In this document: in pieces, positions 58,128-64,000 of the stretch
Position numbering within the stretch: the stretch's first letter is position 1
How the letters are laid out: each line of letters opens with the position of its first letter
NCBI GenBank assembly: GCA_945868435.1
Contig: CAMBLG010000008.1
Span: 14,894-78,893, forward strand
Reading direction: 5' to 3'
Length of the DNA: 64,000 nucleotides
Origin: an uncultured Lachnospiraceae bacterium
Lineage (GTDB): Bacteria; Bacillota; Clostridia; Lachnospirales; Lachnospiraceae
Made by a program: the position numbers and the translations under genes
The notes under the pieces: generated by a model
Databases searched by the model: none
What the model was told of the DNA's origin: nothing
The model's input: the letters and a program-made list of their open reading frames with translations, nothing else

Positions 58128-59546
58128 TTATCTTTTGGGAAGCAGAGCCTCCAGGTTACTGTGTGTTTCCATTGTCTTATCGTAATCAGCCTTCTGTACC
58201 GCCATCTTCAACCGAAGCGTCGCGGTCTTGATCTCACGGGGCGCATTTTCCGTCAGTTGCCGGATTACCTCCATGAACATCTCGGCCTTTTCCCAGTTAT
58301 CCATCTCAACGGCCAGAACAAGCTTCGACATCTTGTCCTCTAACTCATTGCTGTTATCTTCTGTGCCAAATACGTAAAGTGTATTTTCCTCTTTCTCCGC
58401 TGTCTCGAAGAAGCTCTGGGTCTTGTCGTCTAACTCCATCGGAACGGAATCCACTTCATCCTCCGGGATATCTACCCACACGGAAAATGTGAAATTCGTC
58501 CCCTTATTCTTCTCACTCTCCACATTGATGCTGCCACCCATCAGCGTAACCAGCTGCTTGCTGATGTTCAGCCCCAAGCCTGTGCCGCCGTACTTTCTCG
58601 ACACCGAGGCATCCACCTGAGAGAAGCTCTTGAACAGCTTGTCCTGATCGGCTTTATCGATACCGATTCCCGTATCCGTCACAATGAAGAATAATTCCAA
58701 ACGATTGGCTTTGCGTGATGTCATAAGTACCTCCAGGGATACTTTACCCACGGACGTAAACTTGCACGCATTCGACAAAATATTGTTGAGCACCTGCACG
58801 ATTCGAAGTTCATCGCCAATCAATCGTTCCGGAATCTCCGGAGATACGGTCACAAAGAACTGGAGCCCCTTCTCTGTAATCTTAGGCATGTGGTTTGCCT
58901 TCACATAATCAATCATGGACCGGAAATCAAACTCCCTGATCTCCAATGTAAATTTTCCTGCCTCCAGCTTGGAAAAATCCAATATATTGTTAATGATATT
59001 GTTCATATCATTACAACCGCGTTCAATCAACCGCAGCGTTCCCGCCAGTTCCGAATCCGTAATTTTCTCCTGCAGGATCCGGACATTACCCAGAATCCCG
59101 TTAACCGGAGTCCGAAGTTCATGGGTCACGTTAGCCACAAATTCCGACTTGACCTTCGCCGCCTCATCCGCCTCCTGCTTCACCTGCGTGATGCGGCGCT
59201 CCAAAAACACCTCATTGGTCACATCAATCAGGAGACAAACATACTCATATTCCGGGATTCCCGCATGAATGTAACGGAATCTGGCCGGAAAACAGGTGCG
59301 GTTTCTGCGATATACCATCACGGGTTTCTCTGAATCTCCAAAGGACAGTTCTGTCCGAAAGCCCTCCGGTGTCTTTTCAAAGGTTCCGGCAAACACCTCA
59401 CTGATATGGACTCCCGCAAGTCCCATGGGATAATCCAATGTAACATTCGCCGCAGGATTCGTATGTGTGATCACACCCTGCGCATCGAATGATACACTCA
59501 TCTCCACTGTGTTTGTCTCAAAAAATTTAAGGATCTGCTGATTCAT
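58128..59546 (-). CDS. Soluble PAS-like histidine kinase with a helical C-terminal domain
   Basis: PAS-like N-terminus (ITHTNPAA), THELRTP, NACKFT, DTGIG, GGTGLGL; no TM helices. Confidence 0.88.
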   Translation of the reverse strand: MNQQILKFFETNTVEMSVSFDAQGVITHTNPAANVTLDYPMGLAGVHISEVFAGTFEKTPEGFRTELSFGDSEKPVMVYRRNRTCFPARFRYIHAGIPEYEYVCLLIDVTNEVFLERRITQVKQEADEAAKVKSEFVANVTHELRTPVNGILGNVRILQEKITDSELAGTLRLIERGCNDMNNIINNILDFSKLEAGKFTLEIREFDFRSMIDYVKANHMPKITEKGLQFFVTVSPEIPERLIGDELRIVQVLNNILSNACKFTSVGKVSLEVLMTSRKANRLELFFIVTDTGIGIDKADQDKLFKSFSQVDASVSRKYGGTGLGLNISKQLVTLMGGSINVESEKNKGTNFTFSVWVDIPEDEVDSVPMELDDKTQSFFETAEKEENTLYVFGTEDNSNELEDKMSKLVLAVEMDNWEKAEMFMEVIRQLTENAPREIKTATLRLKMAVQKADYDKTMETHSNLEALLPKR

Positions 59547-59574
59547 TGCCCGTGCCCCCGCATCCTAACTATTA

Positions 59575-59603
59575 ATTATAGTAAATTTGTACCAGAAAAT
59601 CAA
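59575..59603 (-). promoter_or_regulatory. SigA-type promoter of the kinase-che operon
   Basis: TTGATT-17 bp-TATAAT directly after the degV stop. Confidence 0.6.
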
Positions 59604-60491
59604 CTAGTCCACACGTTCTTTTCCCCAAAAGAACAGAGCAACTGTTCCCGGCCCTGTATGACTGCCGATGGTTGTACCAATGGAATTGATCTCCACCTTT
59701 CCGTTCAGCTTCGGGAAACGGGCTTCCACCAGCTCTGCTACTGCCTTTGCATCTTCCTCACAGGCAGAATTGGAGATATAGCATTTGCCGTCATAATCCA
59801 ATCCGTTTTCCGCATTCTGTTCCATCCTGTCAACAATTTCCGCAATAACCTTCTTCTTAGTACGTACTTTCTGACGCGGAATCAGCTTTCCCTCAAAATT
59901 CACATTTAAGAGTGGACAGATATTCATAACATTGCCGATAAAACCGGCTGTCTTGGAGACACGTCCTCCCTTCACATAGAAGGTCAGGTCCGTGGAGAAG
60001 AACCAATGCTGTAGCTTCTTCTTATTTTCCTCAGCCCATTTCCTCACCTCATCAATGCTTTTGCCTTCATCCCGCAGGTCCGCTAGCTTATCCATCAGCA
60101 GTCCGTAACCGGAAGAAGCCGCCAGTGAATCTACAATAAAAATGTTGCGCTCCGGATACTTTTCCCGAAGCATTCCCTGCGCAATACGTGCAGAATTGAC
60201 AGAACCGGATATGCCGGAGGAAAGTGTCAGATGAAGGATATCCTTCCCTTCCTGTAAAAAGTGCTCAAAATATTCACAATATTCTTCTACATTAATCTGT
60301 GATGTTTTGGTATCTGCGCCGTCTGTCATGCGCTGATAGAATTCGTCGAAAGGAATGGACTTTCCCAAATCATCCATATACGGAGTTCCATCCAACTCAA
60401 AATGAAAACAGATAAAAGAAATGCCGCGTTTTTCAAAATGCTCCCTGCTTAAGTCCGCAGTGGAACAGCAGCTTAATATAAAATCAGCCAT
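59604..60491 (-). CDS. DegV/FakB-family fatty acid-binding protein
   Basis: KTSQIN, LSSGISGS, VDSLAASSG, GGRVSK, SHTGPG; promoter TTGTCA-17 bp-TATAAT at 60583-60555. Confidence 0.93.
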   Translation of the reverse strand: MADFILSCCSTADLSREHFEKRGISFICFHFELDGTPYMDDLGKSIPFDEFYQRMTDGADTKTSQINVEEYCEYFEHFLQEGKDILHLTLSSGISGSVNSARIAQGMLREKYPERNIFIVDSLAASSGYGLLMDKLADLRDEGKSIDEVRKWAEENKKKLQHWFFSTDLTFYVKGGRVSKTAGFIGNVMNICPLLNVNFEGKLIPRQKVRTKKKVIAEIVDRMEQNAENGLDYDGKCYISNSACEEDAKAVAELVEARFPKLNGKVEINSIGTTIGSHTGPGTVALFFWGKERVD

Positions 60492-60622
60492 GTCGCCATA
60501 TCCTCCTATTCGTTGTCCGCCGGGTCATACACATACTTTCCGGACGATACCACTATTATAGTATAAAACACGGCGCATGACAAGGTAACGCTCTCAAAAA
60601 CTCTCTCAAAAAATGTGCTGTT

Positions 60623-61567
60623 TTAGGGAAGTTCCGTCATACCGCCCAGCAGAATCCCAATATTATCCCGGTAGATTTTCTCAAACTGGCTCATAGGAAG
60701 CGGATTGATGCCGAGACCGGCCTCGATTGTATATCCCGGCCGGTCGTAGCTCTCTATAAACCAGTCTTTGTATCCCGCATAGCCGGAAGCAATCGGAGTC
60801 TGTTCCACCGTATATCCGCTCACACGCCCAAAGTACTCTGCGATCCGTTTTGAATTCTCCGGCTCATAATTCAAATACTTCCAATAAATAACCTCGCCCT
60901 GCGTATGATACGCCAGAATCAATTCAAAGTTATGATCGATTGTGAAATCATACATCGCCCGGCTCTCCGGCGCAATGAGAGGTGCAACTCCCACATAATC
61001 CCGGGGTGCCGGCTTTGTATACCCCTGCGCAAACTTAATTTGTTTTGCATTTTCCCATCCTGCCGGGAACTGCAGATTCAGATCCACACCCTCGATATTA
61101 GCCTTCCAGCCTGTGGGAAAGGAAATCTGTGGATACTGTTGCCCGATGCTTTTGGCCCTGCTGTAATATTCTCCCTCTGTCAGTGCCCCGTTCACCAGAT
61201 CCACACCATCGGGATTCACCATGGGAATCAGATACAGAGAAAACTGTTCAAAGAGAAGTCTCGGATACACACCCAGCACGGTATCCCCAGCCACATACTG
61301 TTCCATCAACTGCTCCGCAAACCGCAGCAGCACCGGCGTTGTAATATTCTCATTGGCATGAAACGAGGCATTATAGCACACCTCTCTCGTTCCCTTTCCC
61401 AATTTGAGATAATAGATGTCCTTGCCCATTACGCTTCGCCCGATCGTCCCCATCTCGATATACGGATACTTTGCCACAAGATTGTCAATGACCGTTGCCA
61501 AAAGCTCGTATGTGTAGTTTTGGTCTACCGGAACAACTGAGTTATACTGTTCAATCAGATCAGCCAT
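60623..61567 (-). CDS. M14 gamma-D-glutamyl-meso-diaminopimelate peptidase-like protein
   Basis: FHANE zinc motif, PMVNPDG, WKANIEGVDLN, AYHTQG, GYKDW. Confidence 0.85.
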   Translation of the reverse strand: MADLIEQYNSVVPVDQNYTYELLATVIDNLVAKYPYIEMGTIGRSVMGKDIYYLKLGKGTREVCYNASFHANENITTPVLLRFAEQLMEQYVAGDTVLGVYPRLLFEQFSLYLIPMVNPDGVDLVNGALTEGEYYSRAKSIGQQYPQISFPTGWKANIEGVDLNLQFPAGWENAKQIKFAQGYTKPAPRDYVGVAPLIAPESRAMYDFTIDHNFELILAYHTQGEVIYWKYLNYEPENSKRIAEYFGRVSGYTVEQTPIASGYAGYKDWFIESYDRPGYTIEAGLGINPLPMSQFEKIYRDNIGILLGGMTELP

Positions 61568-61598
61568 ACGTCCACTCCATTTGATACATTTCTATTTC

Positions 61599-61795
61599 GT
61601 ATCTATTCAGAACCCTTCCCCATACATTCGCAAAACCGCACGACAAATCGTGCTTTCTCGCTGCTACGCAGCTAATTTTGCTCATATACGGGGCGGTGAC
61701 TCTATTCGAGCCACCTTACGAATTAGATAATCAGCTTCTTACATGCAAGCATGACGATTCTGATTATCTAATTCTAAGGGGTTCTGAATAGATAC
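61599..61795. mobile_element. 197 bp MITE-like element with 17 bp TIR and 8 bp TSD
   Basis: GTATCTATTCAGAACCC / GGGTTCTGAATAGATAC perfect inverted ends; TCTATTTC duplicated at 61591-61598 and 61796-61803. Confidence 0.9.
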
Positions 61796-61987
61796 TCTAT
61801 TTCATAATATGTTGCGAGACCGGCTTCGTTCCAACGGATTATTTCCCGCGCATTTTACAGAATTGCAAATATAGGGGTTCCCAGACGAATAAAAAATGGT
61901 ATAATTATCGTAGTGGGCAAATGCTTATCGTATGATTGCAATCGGATGCAACGCCCAACACCAGCAGCGCGAATATGGGAGGTAAAC

Positions 61988-62140
61988 ATGGAAGAAAAGG
62001 TATACAAGACCATGGGCTCTACAGGCGGCGGTTCACTCGCCATCGGAATCTGTATCCTGGTAACCGGAATCGTATCCGGCGTTCTCTTAATCGTAAATGG
62101 AGCAAGATTATTAAAAAACAGGGAGCGGCTTACTTTCTAA
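61988..62140 (+). CDS. Small membrane protein (50 aa)
   Basis: GGGAGGT RBS; MEEKVYKTMGSTGGGSLAIGICILVTGIVSGVLLIVNGARLLKNRERLTF. Confidence 0.75.
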   Translation: MEEKVYKTMGSTGGGSLAIGICILVTGIVSGVLLIVNGARLLKNRERLTF

Positions 62141-62156
62141 GCCCTCCCTGTGCTTT

Positions 62157-63008
62157 TTATTTTTTATCCAGATATTCTATGATACTGTGTGCAGCCACAT
62201 TGCCCTCCCCCACAGCCTTCGCGTACTGATAAGGACGCCCTGTACAATCTCCGGCCGCATAGCATCCGGGAAGATTGGTCTCCATTCGCCGGTTCACCAC
62301 TATGTGTCCGTCTTCCACCGCAAGCTTTTTTAAAAGCGTTGTCGGTGCAATTGCATTCCGCAAGATGAAAAATCCATCGATGGCAAGCACCTCTCCGCTG
62401 CGGAGCGTAAGTGTTGTGACCTTCAGACTTCCTTCAATTTTCACCGGATAGTCGGTACTTACTCTCACATTTTCACGCTGCACTCCCGCCTTAGGATAAG
62501 CCGGGAAAAAAAATACTTCCTCTGCCAGATCCGCAAGAAATTCCACCTCATGCTCATATTTTGCCGCGTTGCAGTACACCGCGATCTTTTTTCCCCGGTA
62601 AAAATTCCCGTCACAGGTGGCACAATAGCTGACTCCCCGTCCCAGAAATTCCTCTTCTCCTGCCAACGGCTTCGCGTTCACAACGCCCATGCACAATGCC
62701 AGCGTCTTTGCCTCATACATCTCATTGTCCGCCAACACCATGTAATGCCCGGACACAGGCATAATATTTGTAACCGTCTTTTCCGTAATTGTAATTCCCA
62801 TCCGTGCCCGATGTTCATCAAAGCGGGAAAGCAGCTCCTGTCCGCCGATTCCCGGAAGCCCCGGATAATTATCGATCATTTGTGCCTTTTTGATCTTATC
62901 ACTCATATCCCGGCTTCCAAACCACACAAAGCTTTTCTCATGTATCTGAAGATTTAAAGCCGTCGACAGACCTGCCGGCCCGGAGCCGATTATGATTGCA
63001 TCATACAC
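62157..63008 (-). CDS. Thioredoxin reductase-like FAD oxidoreductase
   Basis: IIGSGPAG, GVSYCATCDG, YAAGD; the usual NADPH-binding GGG motif is not evident. Confidence 0.85.
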   Translation of the reverse strand: MYDAIIIGSGPAGLSTALNLQIHEKSFVWFGSRDMSDKIKKAQMIDNYPGLPGIGGQELLSRFDEHRARMGITITEKTVTNIMPVSGHYMVLADNEMYEAKTLALCMGVVNAKPLAGEEEFLGRGVSYCATCDGNFYRGKKIAVYCNAAKYEHEVEFLADLAEEVFFFPAYPKAGVQRENVRVSTDYPVKIEGSLKVTTLTLRSGEVLAIDGFFILRNAIAPTTLLKKLAVEDGHIVVNRRMETNLPGCYAAGDCTGRPYQYAKAVGEGNVAAHSIIEYLDKK

Positions 63009-63065
63009 ATCGATTGCCTCCTGTCTGATTCCATTCCTTCTTTATCATCCCCGATCTGCACAAAA

Positions 63066-63809
63066 TTATAGCTTCTGTTTTGCAAAAAACGCATCAATAT
63101 CGCTCTTGATCTGTGCCGGCTCCCTGCTTTTCAGAATATAGCCCTCAGGTTTTGCCGCCATTGCCTTCATAATGCTTGCCTTGTCATTTTTGCTGGTCAA
63201 AAAGATAACCGGAATATCACAGAATTCCATATCAGCACGAATCATCTCCAGCACCTGACTTCCGTCAACAATCGGCATCTCATAATCCAATAGCACAAGA
63301 TCCGGTCGGTTGGTTGCCAGATATTTAATTGCCATAGCACCGGAATTCGCCAGAATTACCTGATAATCGTTCTCCAGCCACTCCTTCACACTCCGAAGCA
63401 TTGCACCGGAGTCGTCCACCACAAGAATTTTCTTCTTGGTGTGCTTACCGTGATTGCGGATAAACTCATCCATTTTACGGGCAGACTCTTTGACATCGAT
63501 CGGACGTGTAAAGGTATCTTTTAACACGTTGGCCGGAATAATACTCTGCAATTCTGCCAGTTCCTCCCCGATATAGAAGATAGGAAGATTCTCTTCCAGT
63601 GCCTTGTCCCGCAAATATACAAGCTCCTGTGTCTTATCTTTTACCTCGTTCTCCATGTACAGAAGAAGCGCCTCAAAATTTTCCTTGAGTTCTGAAATCA
63701 TCTGCACATCCAGTTCTGACATCACAACGTTGTAGCCATATTCCTTCAACTGATCTGCCATCGATCTTCCCACAAAACTGTTTTTCTCTGATACTACTAA
63801 AATATTCAT
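63066..63809 (-). CDS. Response regulator with a pseudo-REC and a REC domain
   Basis: C-terminal ILVVDD..LLDYEMP..FLTS..K; N-terminal REC-like region lacks the acidic pocket; AAGGAG before ATG 63809. Confidence 0.85.
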   Translation of the reverse strand: MNILVVSEKNSFVGRSMADQLKEYGYNVVMSELDVQMISELKENFEALLLYMENEVKDKTQELVYLRDKALEENLPIFYIGEELAELQSIIPANVLKDTFTRPIDVKESARKMDEFIRNHGKHTKKKILVVDDSGAMLRSVKEWLENDYQVILANSGAMAIKYLATNRPDLVLLDYEMPIVDGSQVLEMIRADMEFCDIPVIFLTSKNDKASIMKAMAAKPEGYILKSREPAQIKSDIDAFFAKQKL

Positions 63810-63831
63810 ACATGAACTCCTTTCTAATCCC

Positions 63832-64000
63832 CTATTCTTCCTTGGTATGTAATCTGTCACATAATTCCTGCGTCAGTCTCATGACGTCCTCCATAGCAAC
63901 ATCCCGCACGTAGGTTCCAAGCTGTTCCACCATGGGTTTTATCTCCGGTGAAAAGGCATAGCCTTCCAGCTTCTTCATGGCTTCATCTGCCGCATCCAGA
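63832..64000 (-). CDS. C-terminal fragment of an upstream gene, possibly a hybrid kinase
   Basis: Open frame LDAADEAMKKLEGYAFSPEIKPMVEQLGTYVRDVAMEDVMRLTQELCDRLHTKEE*; helical like the tail of 47758-50553. Confidence 0.55.
   Translation of the reverse strand, partial: LDAADEAMKKLEGYAFSPEIKPMVEQLGTYVRDVAMEDVMRLTQELCDRLHTKEE

Noticed and set aside
60591-60613. Short direct repeat CTCTCAAAAA x2
   Set aside because: Too short and low-complexity to support a function.
1-64000. CRISPR array, tRNA, rRNA, prophage, transposase or defence genes
   Set aside because: No repeat-spacer pattern, cloverleaf, rRNA-like tract or matching protein motifs were seen by eye.

Overview
Gene-dense chromosomal window from a spore-forming Clostridia bacterium, most likely Lachnospiraceae (inferred from spoIVA, T-box control and the gene families present). 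Nearly all genes lie on the minus strand. In order it holds a partial large hypothetical gene, a P-type ATPase, nfnAB-like transhydrogenase genes, two COG0523 GTPases, rpsU, alaS, spoIVA, malQ and pulA. Next come a T-box-controlled trp operon, a TetR/GH2/MelB/GH36 galactoside locus, larC, greA and uppP. A ~15 kb chemosensory and phosphorelay cluster follows, bracketed by a stand-alone DegV gene and a kinase-DegV fusion. No rRNA, tRNA, CRISPR array or transposase was seen. The most unusual signals are non-coding: a ~550 bp rod-like imperfect palindrome, and three members of a MITE-like family, two of which keep the same branched fold despite diverged stems. All family calls come from recognising motifs by eye, not from database searches.
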